Shown one piece after another: positions 1 to 10,152 of a stretch of DNA of 24,000 nt (position 1 is the stretch's first letter; the number at the start of each line of letters is the position of its first letter). The notes beneath the pieces are model-generated. The model was not told the origin of the DNA and searched no databases. It saw nothing but the letters and a program-made list of their open reading frames with translations. The translations under genes were made by a program, and so were the position numbers. The stretch spans positions 84,299 to 108,298 of the forward strand of contig NZ_WUAF01000002.1 of the NCBI RefSeq assembly GCF_009800965.1. The letters run 5' to 3'. This stretch comes from Cognatazoarcus halotolerans. GTDB taxonomy: Bacteria > Pseudomonadota > Gammaproteobacteria > Burkholderiales > Rhodocyclaceae.

Positions 1-830
1 TGAGTGACGACGCCGGCCGTGTGTCAGGCACCTCGACCCGGCTGGCCGGCTCGGTTGGGTCCTTGAGCGACAGCGTCGATCAACAGAACCAGTCCACGGA
101 ATCGATGGCTGCTTCCGTCGAGGAATTGGCGGTGAGCGTCAACCATGTCAGCGAAAGCGCCGAGCACGCGGAGAAAATATCCTCCCGCTCGGCGGAGCTG
201 GCGCGACGCGGCGCAGAGGTGATCGAGCGCACCATCAACGACATGCTTGCCATGACCGAGACGGTCAAGCGATCGGAACAGACCGTCCGCTCCCTGAGCG
301 ATCGTTCCCGCGAGATCGGCTCGGTGACCAACATGATCAATGAACTGGCCGAGCAGACCAATCTGCTGGCGCTCAATGCCGCGATCGAGGCCGCCCGCGC
401 AGGTGAGCAGGGACGTGGCTTTGCCGTGGTCGCCGACGAAGTCAGAAAGCTCGCCGAGCGCACGGCGGCCGCCACCAAACAGATCTCGGCCGTGGTCAGC
501 GCCATCGAATCGGAAGCGGAAACCGCCACTTCGGTGATGGACAGGGCGATCCATCAGGTGGCGGCAAATGCCGAAGGGGCCCGCGAGGCAGGTTCCGCCA
601 TCGATGACATCCGCCGCGGCGCACACGACGTGGTCAGCGTCAGCCACGACATTTCCGCCGCCCTGAACGAGCAGAAACTGGCCGGCGACAGCATCGCCCG
701 GCGGGTCGAGGCAATCGCGACCTTGAGCGAGGAAAATGCAAACGCCCTGGGCGAGGTGCGTTCAGCCTCGCAGGCGCTCGACAAGCTGTCCATGGAGATG
801 CACGCGATCGTCGCGCGCTTCCGTGTCTGA
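1..830 (+). CDS. Methyl-accepting chemotaxis protein, C-terminal signalling domain (5' end outside window)
   Basis: Contains the MCP hairpin-tip motif [43 protein letters not shown]. The reading frame is open to the left edge, so the GTG at 21 is probably not the true start. Stop TGA at 828-830. Confidence 0.9.
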   Translation, partial: SDDAGRVSGTSTRLAGSVGSLSDSVDQQNQSTESMAASVEELAVSVNHVSESAEHAEKISSRSAELARRGAEVIERTINDMLAMTETVKRSEQTVRSLSDRSREIGSVTNMINELAEQTNLLALNAAIEAARAGEQGRGFAVVADEVRKLAERTAAATKQISAVVSAIESEAETATSVMDRAIHQVAANAEGAREAGSAIDDIRRGAHDVVSVSHDISAALNEQKLAGDSIARRVEAIATLSEENANALGEVRSASQALDKLSMEMHAIVARFRV

Positions 831-928
831 CGGGTGCCGGTTGTCCGGCTGCTGCGCGGGGGTGCATGCTTCCGGGCGGACGCCCACTCATCGTCCAGCC
901 TCGGAGGCCGGCGACCCCCGGAGAAGAC

Positions 929-1354
929 TCAGGCGCCGGCGTAGCCCGGCGGGTGCGCCTTGAACCAGGCGGAGATGTCCGGCATCGCCGGCTCGAACGG
1001 CCCCGGCGAGGAAATGTTCAGTATGCCGGCCCGGCAGTCGCCACGATTCTCGAAATCGTGGGTGACGCCGCCGGGGATGAGCACAAAGGCGCCGCGTTCC
1101 GCATCGATCCATGTGTCGTTCACAAGGATGCTCATGGTTCCCTCGATGACGTAGAAAACGTCGTCCTCTTCATGCGAATGTGCCCCTGGCCCCTTCGTGT
1201 GCGGCTCGAGCCACCACTCCGATATCGAGTAATTCGAGCGCGTTTCGGTCTGGTCGGCCTTGAACACGGCCGAGATCCGACCCATCGAATACGTCCTGCC
1301 TTCGCCCGGCCGCAGCACGATGGCCGCTCGATCGATTGAATCCGGATTGCTCAT
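929..1354 (-). CDS. Small cupin-domain protein
   Basis: 141 aa from MSNPDSIDRA. Cupin motif 1-like GAHSHEEDDVFYVIEGTMSILVND and motif 2-like GAFVLIPGGVTHDFENRG. Confidence 0.75.
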   Translation of the reverse strand: MSNPDSIDRAAIVLRPGEGRTYSMGRISAVFKADQTETRSNYSISEWWLEPHTKGPGAHSHEEDDVFYVIEGTMSILVNDTWIDAERGAFVLIPGGVTHDFENRGDCRAGILNISSPGPFEPAMPDISAWFKAHPPGYAGA

Positions 1355-1382
1355 TTCCTGCCCCAACGCGCGCCAGAGCGCT

Positions 1383-1925
1383 TTAGCCCAGAAGCGTGGC
1401 CCACCAGAGACGTGCGCGCAAGCTCCATGAGGGCGTGTACCCCACGGAGACAGCACGAATTCCACCGGTGGGGCCGACCACCACCATCGCCGGTACCCCG
1501 CGAAGGCCGAACCGGGCGGCCAGTGCGCCGTCGGGATCGATGGCGGTTGGCCAGTCGAGGTTGGCATTGCGGAGATAGTGGCGTACTTGAGCCGCGTTGC
1601 CCGAGCTCATCGCCACGGTGAGCACCGGCCAGTCGGCCATCACGGCTTCGACCGCGCCCCGTTGCGCACGACACACCCCGCACCAATCGGCCCAGAAATA
1701 GATCATCACCGGCTTGCCTGCATGTTGGGAGCGCCAGCTGCTCAAGGTCACCTCGCCGCCATCGGCGAGTGGCGCCTGAAAGGCGGGTGCCTGACCGGCA
1801 GGTACGTGGCGGGTCTGAACCCAGTGCATGCCGGCGAGAATGGCCAGCAGAAAGGCCAGGTCGCGCAGCCAGGCTCTTCGGCGGCTGCGCGCCGGGGCGG
1901 TCGTGGGGGCGGGTGTCATCGTCAT
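1383..1925 (-). CDS. TlpA/ResA-like membrane-anchored thioredoxin-fold protein
   Basis: N-terminal hydrophobic anchor (LRDLAFLLAILAGMHW), then a redox motif YFWADWCGVCRAQRG and a cis-Pro-like GVPAMVVV. Start chosen at MTMTPAPTT rather than at the longer ORF start. Confidence 0.8.
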   Translation of the reverse strand: MTMTPAPTTAPARSRRRAWLRDLAFLLAILAGMHWVQTRHVPAGQAPAFQAPLADGGEVTLSSWRSQHAGKPVMIYFWADWCGVCRAQRGAVEAVMADWPVLTVAMSSGNAAQVRHYLRNANLDWPTAIDPDGALAARFGLRGVPAMVVVGPTGGIRAVSVGYTPSWSLRARLWWATLLG

Positions 1926-2104
1926 GGTCGAATCGACTCGTCGGGCGGCCAAAAGTTTGCACCGGGTCTGTTGGTACCGCTCGATTGCCAGTCGGCGCCG
2001 ACGATGGCCAAGCCACCCCTGCATAGCCTGCTTCGACGGTGGGCCGTCGTGCGACCGTCAGACGGCGTTGCCCAAGCGTCCCGTTGCGAGCGGATCCGGC
2101 TGCA

Positions 2105-2133
2105 CGCCAGATCGACGGGGATCGTCTCTGGCG
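2105..2133 (-). other. Strong hairpin just downstream of the FTR1 gene
   Basis: CGCCAGA(2105-2111)/TCTGGCG(2127-2133) plus inner GACG(2114-2117)/CGTC(2123-2126), 2-nt bulge, 5-nt loop. No T-tract follows on the minus strand. Confidence 0.55.
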
Positions 2134-2146
2134 CGCGGGGATACCC

Positions 2147-2968
2147 TCAAGCAGCCCCGAGCCGAGCCGGCCGCTGGCGGGCGAGTCGCATGCCGATCAC
2201 GATGATCGCGAGTGCGCTGATGTAGAAGAGCGCCTGCATGGCGCTTGGCCGTGCGTCGTAGCCGGCGAGTACGTGGAGCAGGGTACCGAGCGCGGAGCCG
2301 TCGGGGATCAGACGGGAGGTGTCCCAGATCGGGCTGGCAATGGCCGGGATGATATCGCCCTGAATGAGAAAGCGAGCCATCTGGCCGGCCATGCCGGCGG
2401 CGATCAGCAGCACCATGACGGCGGTGACCGAGAAGAACCAGCGTACCGGGATGCGCAGCAGGCCCATGTAGAGCGCGGCGCCCACCAGCGCACCGGCACC
2501 GAGTCCGAGCGCGCCGCCGGCCAGCACCTGTCCGGTTGTTTCGCCCTGCGAGGCGATGCCGTACAGAAAGAGCACGGTCTCGGCGCCTTCGCGCAGCACC
2601 GCGAGCGCGATCACCAGCGCGATGGCGGAGAGTTCGCGCTTGCCGTCGGCCACGTCCTGCACCACAGAGCGGGCGTCGGTGATCATCTGGCGCGCGTGCT
2701 GGCTCATCCAGATGTTGTGCCAGGCGAGCATCACGACGGCGAGGCCGAGGATGCCGGCGGTGAGCAGCTCCTGGCCGACACCGTCGGCCAGCTCGCCGAT
2801 GGTGCTGGTGAATGCCGCGACGACGAAGGCGCCCGCCACGCCGGCCGCGACGCCTGCGGCCAGCCAGCGATTGCGCCCGGGCAGGCTGCGCGCGGCGGCC
2901 GCGATGATGCCGATGAGCAGCGCGGCCTCAAGGGATTCGCGGAAAACGATGATCGCAGCGCCGAGCAT
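2147..2968 (-). CDS. FTR1-family high-affinity iron permease (FtrC/EfeU-like)
   Basis: Multi-TM protein with two RExxE-type motifs (VFRESLEAALL and VLREGAETVLF), characteristic of FTR1. Confidence 0.88.
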   Translation of the reverse strand: MLGAAIIVFRESLEAALLIGIIAAAARSLPGRNRWLAAGVAAGVAGAFVVAAFTSTIGELADGVGQELLTAGILGLAVVMLAWHNIWMSQHARQMITDARSVVQDVADGKRELSAIALVIALAVLREGAETVLFLYGIASQGETTGQVLAGGALGLGAGALVGAALYMGLLRIPVRWFFSVTAVMVLLIAAGMAGQMARFLIQGDIIPAIASPIWDTSRLIPDGSALGTLLHVLAGYDARPSAMQALFYISALAIIVIGMRLARQRPARLGAA

Positions 2969-2973
2969 GATTG

Positions 2974-3291
2974 TTATTCCGCGATGACCACGCCACGCGC
3001 GGTGTCTTCGTGGAACTCCCCGACAAAGGTGTATTTGCCCGGTTTGAGCGGGCCGATGAAGATGCTGGCGGTGCTGCCGGGGGCAATGACCTTCTCGCGG
3101 TTGAGCTGATGGCTCTCGAATTCCTCGGGGGTGCTGTCCTGGTTATGGACCCGTAGCTTGACTTTGGTGCCGGCCGGCACATGCACTTCCTCGGGGCTGA
3201 AGCGATGGTCCTTGATCTCGAGCGCGAACTCGGGGGTGGCGGCGAAGGCGGCCAGAGGAAGGGCGAGGCAGAGGGCAAGGACGTGCTTCAT
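2974..3291 (-). CDS. Periplasmic cupredoxin-domain protein (FtrB/EfeO-cupredoxin-like), partner of FTR1
   Basis: Signal peptide MKHVLALCLALPLAAFAA, then cupredoxin-like ...FSPEEVHVPAGTKVKLRVHNQDSTPEEFES...PGKYTFVGEFHEDTARGVVI. Only 5 bp upstream of the FTR1 gene. Confidence 0.83.
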   Translation of the reverse strand: MKHVLALCLALPLAAFAATPEFALEIKDHRFSPEEVHVPAGTKVKLRVHNQDSTPEEFESHQLNREKVIAPGSTASIFIGPLKPGKYTFVGEFHEDTARGVVIAE

Positions 3292-3316
3292 GACAGACTC
3301 CGGGGTTGATGCGAAG

Positions 3317-3335
3317 AATGATAACGATTCGTATT
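3317..3335 (-). promoter_or_regulatory. Candidate Fur box upstream of the cupredoxin-FTR1 operon
   Basis: AATGATAACGATTCGTATT (plus strand) resembles the Fur 7-1-7 pattern TGATAAT-N-ATTATCA (6/7 in one half, 4/7 in the other). It sits about 26 bp upstream of the cupredoxin ATG, before an iron permease. Confidence 0.55.
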
Positions 3336-3346
3336 AATGGAAGCAA
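3318..3346 (-). promoter_or_regulatory. Candidate sigma70 promoter for the cupredoxin-FTR1 operon
   Basis: Minus strand TTGCTT (3346-3341), 17-nt spacer, TATCAT (3323-3318; 5/6 match to TATAAT). Overlaps the Fur box. Confidence 0.4.
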
Positions 3347-3477
3347 TTCTCGTATCGCTCAAGGCGTGTGCGTGCTTGCTGCGTACGAATTCGTCCTCCT
3401 GGCAGTGCGTTTCGCGGGCCGCGTTTTCGCGCTTCTCGAGCGCACATGGCCTGCGCGAGAGCTGGGCCTGAAGGCAG

Positions 3478-3506
3478 AAAAAACCCGCTCTCGGGGGAGA
3501 GCGGGC
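3478..3506 (-). terminator. Rho-independent terminator of the cbb operon
   Basis: Perfect 8-bp stem CCCGCTCT(3485-3492)/AGAGCGGG(3499-3506) with 6-nt loop. On the minus strand it is followed by seven T residues (A7 at 3478-3484 on plus). Located downstream of the fba stop codon. Confidence 0.85.
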
Positions 3507-3591
3507 GAAACTGCCATGTCGTGGGGCAGGGAGAAGAGTGGGCCGGGGCCTTGCCGGGGACCGTGCTGGCCAGAGCCTTTCCGGCAGGGCT

Positions 3592-4632
3592 TCAGTTGCG
3601 ATAGCGCCTTGCCATCGCCTCCATCGGCAGTGGCTTGATCCGGCCCGCCTGGCCGGTGCAGCCGAAGGCTTCGAAACGCTGGCGGCAGATCCGTTCGGCG
3701 GCATCCCGGGCGGCCTTGAAGAATTTTCGCGGATCGAACTCGCGCCTGTCGGTGACGGCCAGCTTGCGCATCGCGCCGCTCATGGCGAGGCGCAGGTCGG
3801 TGTCGATGTTGATCTTGCGCACACCGCTCTTGATGCCTTCGACGATGGCTTCGACCGGTACGCCCCAGGTCTGGTCGATCTCGCCGCCATGCTCGCGGAT
3901 GATGGCGAGGCATTCCTGCGGCACGCTGCTCGCGCCGTGCATGACCAGGTGGGTGTCCGGAATGCGCGCATGGATGGCGCGGATACGGTCGATGGCGAGA
4001 ATGTCGCCGGTCGGCGGACGGCTGAACTTGTAGGCGCCATGGCTGGTGCCGATGGCCACTGCGAGCGCATCGACACCGGTGGCGGCGACAAAGTCGGCAG
4101 CCTCGGCGGGGTCGGTGAGCAACTGAGAGTGGTCCAGCGTGCCGGCGGCGCCGACGCCATCCTCTTCGCCCGCCAGGCCGGTTTCGAGCGAGCCGAGACA
4201 ACCGAGTTCGCCTTCCACGGAGACGCCCACGGCGTGGGCCATGTCCACCACGCGGCGCGTGGTCTCGACGTTGTAGTCGTAGCGCGCGGGGGTCTTCATG
4301 TCCTCCTGCAGCGAGCCGTCCATCATCACGCTGGTGAAGCCCGAACGGATCGACTGCAGGCACACCGAGGGCGAAGCGCCGTGATCCTGGTGCAGGCATA
4401 CCGGGATGTCCGGATAGCGTTCCACCGCGGCTTCCACCATCTTTCGCAGGAAGGCTTCGCCGGCGTAGCCGCGCGCGCCGGCGCTGGCCTGCAGGATCAC
4501 CGGCGCGTCCAGCCCCTCGGCGGCGGCCATGATGGCCTGGATCTGTTCCATGTTGTTGATGTTGAATGCCGGAACGCCGTACGTGCGTTCGGCGGCGTGG
4601 TCGAGCAATTGCCTGAGGGCGATGAAGGCCAT
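3592..4632 (-). CDS. cbbA: Class II fructose-1,6-bisphosphate aldolase (Calvin cycle type)
   Basis: 346 aa. [68 protein letters not shown] motifs. Confidence 0.92.
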   Translation of the reverse strand: MAFIALRQLLDHAAERTYGVPAFNINNMEQIQAIMAAAEGLDAPVILQASAGARGYAGEAFLRKMVEAAVERYPDIPVCLHQDHGASPSVCLQSIRSGFTSVMMDGSLQEDMKTPARYDYNVETTRRVVDMAHAVGVSVEGELGCLGSLETGLAGEEDGVGAAGTLDHSQLLTDPAEAADFVAATGVDALAVAIGTSHGAYKFSRPPTGDILAIDRIRAIHARIPDTHLVMHGASSVPQECLAIIREHGGEIDQTWGVPVEAIVEGIKSGVRKINIDTDLRLAMSGAMRKLAVTDRREFDPRKFFKAARDAAERICRQRFEAFGCTGQAGRIKPLPMEAMARRYRN

Positions 4633-4683
4633 GGCTTTCTCCTGGCGGGGTCGGTAGTGGGTCGATTCCGCGTACGGGCGCGC

Positions 4684-5916
4684 TCAGGCCGGCGCGATTT
4701 CGAGCGCCGCGCGGTGCGTCACCAACGGGGCACCCGGCTGTGTGCGGCTTTCGAGCGCTTCGAGCGCGGGCAGTTTTCGGCCTTCCAGGAACGCGAGGAA
4801 GGCGCCGCCGCCGGTGGAGATGTAATCGATCCGGTCGGCCACGCCGAAGTGCGCGATCGCGGCCAGCGTGTCGCCTCCGCCGGCAATGCTGTAGGCCGGG
4901 CTCGCCGCCACGGCCGTGGCGAGCGCGCGCGTGCCGGCGGCAAATGTGTCGAGTTCGAACACGCCGACCGGTCCATTCCACACGATGCTGCCAGCGCGCG
5001 CCAGCGTGGCGGCGAGCGAGGCGCGGGCGTCGGGGCCGATGTCGAGGATCATCTCGCGCTTGCCGACGTCGTCGACGCTCACCACGCGGCTGGCGGCATC
5101 GGCCGCCAGCCTGTCCGCCACCACCACGTCCTCCGGCAGCCAGACGAGGCCGCCGCGTGCCGCGAGCCGCCGCTCGACCGTTCCGGCGGCGGCGAGCAGG
5201 CGGGATTCGTGAAGCGAGTTGCCCACCTCGTGGCCACGTGCGGCGAGAAAGGTGTTGGCGATGCCGCCGCCAAGCACCAATACATCGACCTGCTCGGCGA
5301 GGCTCTCGAGCATCTCCAGCTTGGTGGACACCTTGGAGCCGGCCACGATTGCCGCCAGCGGCCGTGCCGGACGGGCCAGCGCGCGCCCGAGCGCATCGAG
5401 TTCGCTGGTCATGAGCGGGCCGGCGCAGGCCACCGGCGCGGCCAGGGCAAGTGCATGCAGGGTGCATTCGCGACGATGGGCGGCGCCGAACGCGTCGTTC
5501 ACATACACGTCGACGAAGCGTGCGATGCGAGCGGCGAGCGACGGGTCGTTGGCCTTCTCACCGTGGTTGCCGCGGCAGTTCTCGAGCAGTACCACGTCGC
5601 CCGCGGCGAGCGGAAAGTCGCCATCGACCCAGTTGCGTACCAGTGGCACCGGACGACCCAGCAGGCTGCCGAGGGATTCTGCCACCGGCGCGAGCGAATC
5701 GCCGGGCGCGAGTGCGCCCTCCCGCGGACGGCCGAGGTGCGAGGTGATCATTATCGCCGCGCCGGCTTCCCGGCAGGCGAGGATGCCGGGCAGCGCGGCG
5801 CGGATGCGGGTGTCGTCCGAGAGGCTGCCGTCGGCATTGAGGGGTACGTTGAAATCGGCGCGGATGAAGACCCGCTTGCCGGCAAGGTCGACGTCGGAGA
5901 GGCTCGGGAAATTCAT
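4684..5916 (-). CDS. pgk: Phosphoglycerate kinase
   Basis: 410 aa. N-terminal [27 protein letters not shown]-terminal [12 protein letters not shown] and [23 protein letters not shown]. Confidence 0.93.
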   Translation of the reverse strand: MNFPSLSDVDLAGKRVFIRADFNVPLNADGSLSDDTRIRAALPGILACREAGAAIMITSHLGRPREGALAPGDSLAPVAESLGSLLGRPVPLVRNWVDGDFPLAAGDVVLLENCRGNHGEKANDPSLAARIARFVDVYVNDAFGAAHRRECTLHALALAAPVACAGPLMTSELDALGRALARPARPLAAIVAGSKVSTKLEMLESLAEQVDVLVLGGGIANTFLAARGHEVGNSLHESRLLAAAGTVERRLAARGGLVWLPEDVVVADRLAADAASRVVSVDDVGKREMILDIGPDARASLAATLARAGSIVWNGPVGVFELDTFAAGTRALATAVAASPAYSIAGGGDTLAAIAHFGVADRIDYISTGGGAFLAFLEGRKLPALEALESRTQPGAPLVTHRAALEIAPA

Positions 5917-5976
5917 GGGGGACTCCGGTGCATGTGGATCGGTGGGTCTCGAGCGCCTTGTTGCGGTGACGCGTCT

Positions 5977-8019
5977 TCAATCCAGTAGGCAGTGGGCGGC
6001 TGTCACGACGTGCTCGACGGTGAAGCCGAAGGCGTCCATCAACGCGTTTGCGGGAGCCGATTCGCCGAATCGGGTGATGCCGATGACCCCGCCCCGTACG
6101 CCGGCAAGGTAACGCCACCAGCCGTCGGGATGCGCGGCTTCGATGACGAGGCGCGGCACTCCGGGGGGCAGCACGGCGTTGCGCCAGCCTTCCGGCTGCC
6201 GGTCGAAGATGCTGGTGCATGGCATCGAGACCACGCGGGCGGCAATGCCCTCATCGTCGAGCCGCGCTTTCGCCGCCATGGCAAGGGCGACCTCCGAGCC
6301 GGTGGCGGTGAGCACGATCGTTGGTTGCTCAGCATCGGCCAGCACATAGCCGCCGCGCGCGATCGCCTCGAGCTGGGCCTCGTCGCGAGGCTGATGCGGC
6401 AGGTTCTGGCGCGACAGGGCCAGCAGAGTGGGGCCGGCATCCTTGCCGTCGCGAAGCACCGCGGCGTTCCACGCGGCCTGGGTTTCCACCGCGTCGCAGG
6501 GGCGCCACAGGTCGAGACCGGGGATCAGGCGCAGGCTGGCAAGTTGTTCGACGGGCTGGTGGGTGGGGCCGTCCTCGCCGAGGCCGATCGAGTCGTGTGT
6601 CATCACGTAGATCACCCGCTGACGCATCAGCGCGCTCATGCGGATGGCGTTGCGGGCGTAGTCGGAAAACACCAGGAACGTGGCGCCGAAGGGCAGGTGG
6701 CCACCGTGCAGGGCGATGCCGTTGAGCGCCGCCGCCATGCCGAACTCGCGTACCCCCCAATTGACGTGGCGGGCGCGCGGCGTGCTCGGGAGTTCGGCGC
6801 GCACCGCGCCGCAATCAGGCCAGTCGGTGAGGTTGGAGTGGGTCAGGTCCGCCGAGCCGCCGAGCAGCTCGGGCAGTGCCCGGGCGAGCCGCGCGATGGC
6901 CTGCTGGCTGGCCTTGCGGCTGGCGACGGTGGCGGATTCGTTGTGCACCTTGCGCAGCAGCGCATCGGCCAGCACCTTGAAACCCATTGGCAAGATGCCG
7001 GCGGTGCGGCGCGTGAACTCTGCCGCGAGTTCGGGATGGGCCGCGGCATAGGCGTCAAGGCGGCGCCGCCAGTCGGCGTGACGGGCGGCGCCGGCTTCGC
7101 GGGCGTCGAAGGCTGCGCGGATTTCGTCCGGCACCTCGAAGGGGGCGTGCCGCCAGCCCAGCGCGTTGCGCGTGTCGGCGATCTCGGCGCTGCCCAGCGG
7201 TGCGCCGTGGATGCCTGCCGTGCCGGCGCGGCCGGGGCTGCCCCGGCCGATGGTGGTGCGACAGCAGATCAGGGTCGGTCCGCGGTCGCCATCGGCATGG
7301 GCGCGCGCGCAGCGGATGGCGGCATCCACGGCCTCGACGTCGTGACCGTCGACTGCTTCGATGACGTTCCAGCCATAGGCGCGGAAGCGCGTCGCGGTGT
7401 CGTCGCCGAACCAGCCCGCCACGTCGCCGTCGATCGAGATTCGGTTGTCGTCCCACAGACAGATCAGCTTCGACAGGCGCAGCACGCCGGCCAGACTGGC
7501 GGCCTCGTGGCTGATGCCTTCCATGAGACAGCCGTCGCCGAGGAAGACCCAGCTGCGGTGATCGACGATGGTGTGGCCGGGCCGGTTGAACTCGGCAGCC
7601 AGCAGCTTTTCGGCGAGCGCCATGCCGACTGCGTTGGCCAGACCCTGCCCGAGCGGCCCGGTGGTGGTTTCGACGCCCGGTGTGTGGCCGACCTCGGGAT
7701 GACCGGGGGTGTGGCTGCCGTGCTGGCGGAAGCGCTTGAGTTCGTCCAGCGGCAGGGCGTAGCCGGTGAGGTGGAGCAGGGCGTAGAGCAGCATCGAGCC
7801 GTGGCCGTTGCTGAGCACGAAACGGTCGCGATCGGGCCACTGCGGCTCGGCGGGGTCGTGGCGCAGGTGGCGGGTCCACAGCGCGACGGCGATCTCGGCC
7901 ATGCCCATCGGCATGCCCGGGTGGCCGCTGGCGGCGGCCTCGACCGCGTCAATGGCGAGGAAGCGCAGCGCGTTGGCGCACAGGGTGTCGAGTGCGCGGG
8001 AGGACAGGCGGGCGGTCAT
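5977..8019 (-). CDS. cbbT: Transketolase
   Basis: 680 aa. [54 protein letters not shown], and [24 protein letters not shown]. Confidence 0.93.
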   Translation of the reverse strand: MTARLSSRALDTLCANALRFLAIDAVEAAASGHPGMPMGMAEIAVALWTRHLRHDPAEPQWPDRDRFVLSNGHGSMLLYALLHLTGYALPLDELKRFRQHGSHTPGHPEVGHTPGVETTTGPLGQGLANAVGMALAEKLLAAEFNRPGHTIVDHRSWVFLGDGCLMEGISHEAASLAGVLRLSKLICLWDDNRISIDGDVAGWFGDDTATRFRAYGWNVIEAVDGHDVEAVDAAIRCARAHADGDRGPTLICCRTTIGRGSPGRAGTAGIHGAPLGSAEIADTRNALGWRHAPFEVPDEIRAAFDAREAGAARHADWRRRLDAYAAAHPELAAEFTRRTAGILPMGFKVLADALLRKVHNESATVASRKASQQAIARLARALPELLGGSADLTHSNLTDWPDCGAVRAELPSTPRARHVNWGVREFGMAAALNGIALHGGHLPFGATFLVFSDYARNAIRMSALMRQRVIYVMTHDSIGLGEDGPTHQPVEQLASLRLIPGLDLWRPCDAVETQAAWNAAVLRDGKDAGPTLLALSRQNLPHQPRDEAQLEAIARGGYVLADAEQPTIVLTATGSEVALAMAAKARLDDEGIAARVVSMPCTSIFDRQPEGWRNAVLPPGVPRLVIEAAHPDGWWRYLAGVRGGVIGITRFGESAPANALMDAFGFTVEHVVTAAHCLLD

Positions 8020-8050
8020 GGGCGGTCTCCGTGATGGTTGTCGACGGTCG

Positions 8051-8926
8051 TCACAGCAGCGCGCGGCGGCGTTCCATGAGGCGCCAGATGAAGGGCGTGA
8101 AGATCAGCTGCATGGCCAGCTCCATCTTTCCGCCCGGCACCACGATGGTGTTGGCGCGGCTCATGAAGCTGTCGTGGATCATGTTCTGCAGGTAGGGAAA
8201 GTCGATGCCCTTGGGGTTGGCGAAGCGGATCACCACCATCGATTCGTCGGCGGTGGGGATCGCCCGCGCAATGAAGGGGTTGGAGGTGTCCACCATCGGC
8301 ACCCGCTGGAAGTTCACATGGGTGCGGGCGAACTGCGGGCAGATGTGGTTCACATAGTCCGGCATGCGACGCAGGATGGTGTCGGTGACCGCCTCGGTGG
8401 AGTAGCCGCGCATGTTCTTGTCGCGATGCAGCTTCTGGATCCATTCGAGGTTGATCACCGGCACCACGCCGATCAGCAGGTCGGTGTGTCGGGCGATGTT
8501 GATGTCGCCATGCACCACGCCCGCATGCAGGCCTTCGTAGAACAGCAGGTCGGTGTTCGCCGGCAGGTCTTCCCACGGCGTGAAGGTGCCTGGTTCCTGT
8601 TGGTAGGGGGCGGCTTCGTCGGCATCGTGCAGGTACTTGCGGCGCTGCCCGCGGCCGCGCTCGCCGTAGCTGCGGAACAGCGATTCGAGCTCGCCGAAGA
8701 GGTTGGCATCGGGGCCGAAATGGCTGAAATCGCAGTGTCCCTCGAGCTCGCACTCGGCGAGCCTGGCGCGCATGGCCTTGCGATCGTAGGCGTGGAAGCT
8801 GTCGCCTTCGATCATCGCGGCGGTCACGCCCTCGCGGCGGAAGATCTCTTCGAACGTGCGCTGCACGGTGCTGGTGCCGGCACCGGATGAGCCGGTGATG
8901 GCCACGATCGGATGACGCTCTGACAT
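8051..8926 (-). CDS. cbbP: Phosphoribulokinase
   Basis: 291 aa from [21 protein letters not shown] (P-loop GSSGAGTS), DxHxYDR-type region, FYEGLHAG, bacterial PRK length and C-terminus. The longer ORF extends upstream into the spacer. Confidence 0.92.
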   Translation of the reverse strand: MSERHPIVAITGSSGAGTSTVQRTFEEIFRREGVTAAMIEGDSFHAYDRKAMRARLAECELEGHCDFSHFGPDANLFGELESLFRSYGERGRGQRRKYLHDADEAAPYQQEPGTFTPWEDLPANTDLLFYEGLHAGVVHGDINIARHTDLLIGVVPVINLEWIQKLHRDKNMRGYSTEAVTDTILRRMPDYVNHICPQFARTHVNFQRVPMVDTSNPFIARAIPTADESMVVIRFANPKGIDFPYLQNMIHDSFMSRANTIVVPGGKMELAMQLIFTPFIWRLMERRRALL

Positions 8927-8970
8927 GGTGGTGTCCCCTCTTTTTGTACTGTGTTCGTTGTGCCGCCGGG

Positions 8971-10047
8971 TCAGGTGGCGAGGAACAGGCTGCGGCTGTT
9001 GAAGAGCGGCAGATCGTGGTGGTCCCCGCCGAGCAGCGGCTCGTTGTGGTAGCGCTCGATGCGCTCCACCTCCTCGCGCGAACCGAAGACGAAGCCGATG
9101 CGCTGGTGCAGCGCCTCGGGCTGCACGTCGAGCATCGGCCGCACGCCGGTGGATGCCCGCCCGCCGGCCTGTTCGATCAGGAAGCCGATCGGGTTGGCTT
9201 CGTAGAGCAGGCGCAGGCGCCCGGGTATGGCGGGGTCCTTGCGGTCGCGCGGGTAGAGAAATACGCCGCCGCGCATGAGGATGCGATGCGTCTCGGCGAC
9301 CAGCGAGGCCACCCAGCGCATGTTGAAGTCCTTGCCGCGGGGGCCGCTGCGCCCGGCCATGCATTCCTCGACATAGCGCTTCACCGGCGCTTCCCAGAAG
9401 CGTGAGTTGGAAGCGTTGATGGCGAACTCGCGGGTGGCCTCGGGCACGCGGATCCGTGGATGCGTGAGGAAGAATTCGCCGATGATCGGGTCGAAGGTGA
9501 AGCCCGCCACGCCGTGGCCGACGCTCAGCACCAGCATCGTCGAGGGTCCGTAGATTGCGTAGCCGGCCGCCACCTGACGGCTACCGGCCTGGAGGAAATC
9601 CACGGCAGAGGCGTCGACACCCGGCATGGGTGCCCGCAGGATCGAGAAGATCGAGCCCACCGTCACGTTCACGTCGATGTTGCTCGAACCGTCCAGCGGA
9701 TCGAAGGCGAGCAGGTACTTGCCGCGGCCGTGACCCTCGGGCAGCGGGATCGGCGCCTCGTTTTCTTCGGACAGCATGCCGGCGAGCTCGCCGCCCCAGT
9801 GGGTGGCGCGCAGGAAGATCTCGTCGGCCAGCACGTCGAGTTTCTTCTGGGTTTCACCCTGCACGTTGCGGGACTCGAGGGTGCCGAGGACATCGGCCAG
9901 CGCGCCATGGGCGACTGCCCGCGAGATGGCCTTGCAGGCCTGGGCGACCTGCAGGATCAGGGCATTGAACTCGCCGGTCGCGTCCGGATACTGGCGGCGC
10001 TGGGTGATCAGGTATTCGGTCAGCGTGGTGCGTTCGATCGAGAACAT
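8971..10047 (-). CDS. fbp: Class I fructose-1,6-bisphosphatase
   Basis: 358 aa from MFSIERTTLTEYL. SEENEAP, FDPLDGSSNIDVNVTVGSIFS, RYVGSMVADxHRIL-like RWVASLVAETHRILMRGGVFLYP, LLYEANPIGFLIEQAGG. Confidence 0.92.
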   Translation of the reverse strand: MFSIERTTLTEYLITQRRQYPDATGEFNALILQVAQACKAISRAVAHGALADVLGTLESRNVQGETQKKLDVLADEIFLRATHWGGELAGMLSEENEAPIPLPEGHGRGKYLLAFDPLDGSSNIDVNVTVGSIFSILRAPMPGVDASAVDFLQAGSRQVAAGYAIYGPSTMLVLSVGHGVAGFTFDPIIGEFFLTHPRIRVPEATREFAINASNSRFWEAPVKRYVEECMAGRSGPRGKDFNMRWVASLVAETHRILMRGGVFLYPRDRKDPAIPGRLRLLYEANPIGFLIEQAGGRASTGVRPMLDVQPEALHQRIGFVFGSREEVERIERYHNEPLLGGDHHDLPLFNSRSLFLAT

Positions 10048-10108
10048 GGTGGGCCTCAAAAGGTCTGGCAGGGATGTGGGGTGGCAGGCTTGCGGCAAGG
10101 CGCGGACC

Positions 10109-10124
10109 TCCGGCCTGCGCCGGA
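10109..10124 (-). other. GC-rich hairpin in the cbbX-fbp spacer
   Basis: TCCGGC(10109-10114)/GCCGGA(10119-10124), 4-nt loop. Perfect 6-bp stem in a 105-bp spacer. Confidence 0.4.
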
Positions 10125-10152
10125 CGAACGTTTCCTCGGGATGCGGGCCGGG

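Noticed and set aside
2034-2049. Perfect small hairpin CGACGG-TGGG-CCGTCG upstream of the tlpA-like gene
   Set aside because: A 6-bp GC stem is expected by chance in this composition, and it has no T-tract or obvious placement.
3306-3638. 110-aa plus-strand ORF in the gap between the iron-uptake and cbb operons
   Set aside because: Overlaps the Fur/promoter region and the cbb terminator, and the translation resembles no known protein.
3538-5988. 816-aa plus-strand ORF opposite fba and pgk
   Set aside because: Shadow ORF: lies antisense to two well-recognised enzymes in GC-rich DNA, where third-position G/C removes stops. Its composition is Gly/Ala/Arg/His-rich and it has no recognisable domain.
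5992-8034. 680-aa plus-strand ORF opposite transketolase
   Set aside because: Same codon-bias artefact. It mirrors the extent of the real transketolase gene.
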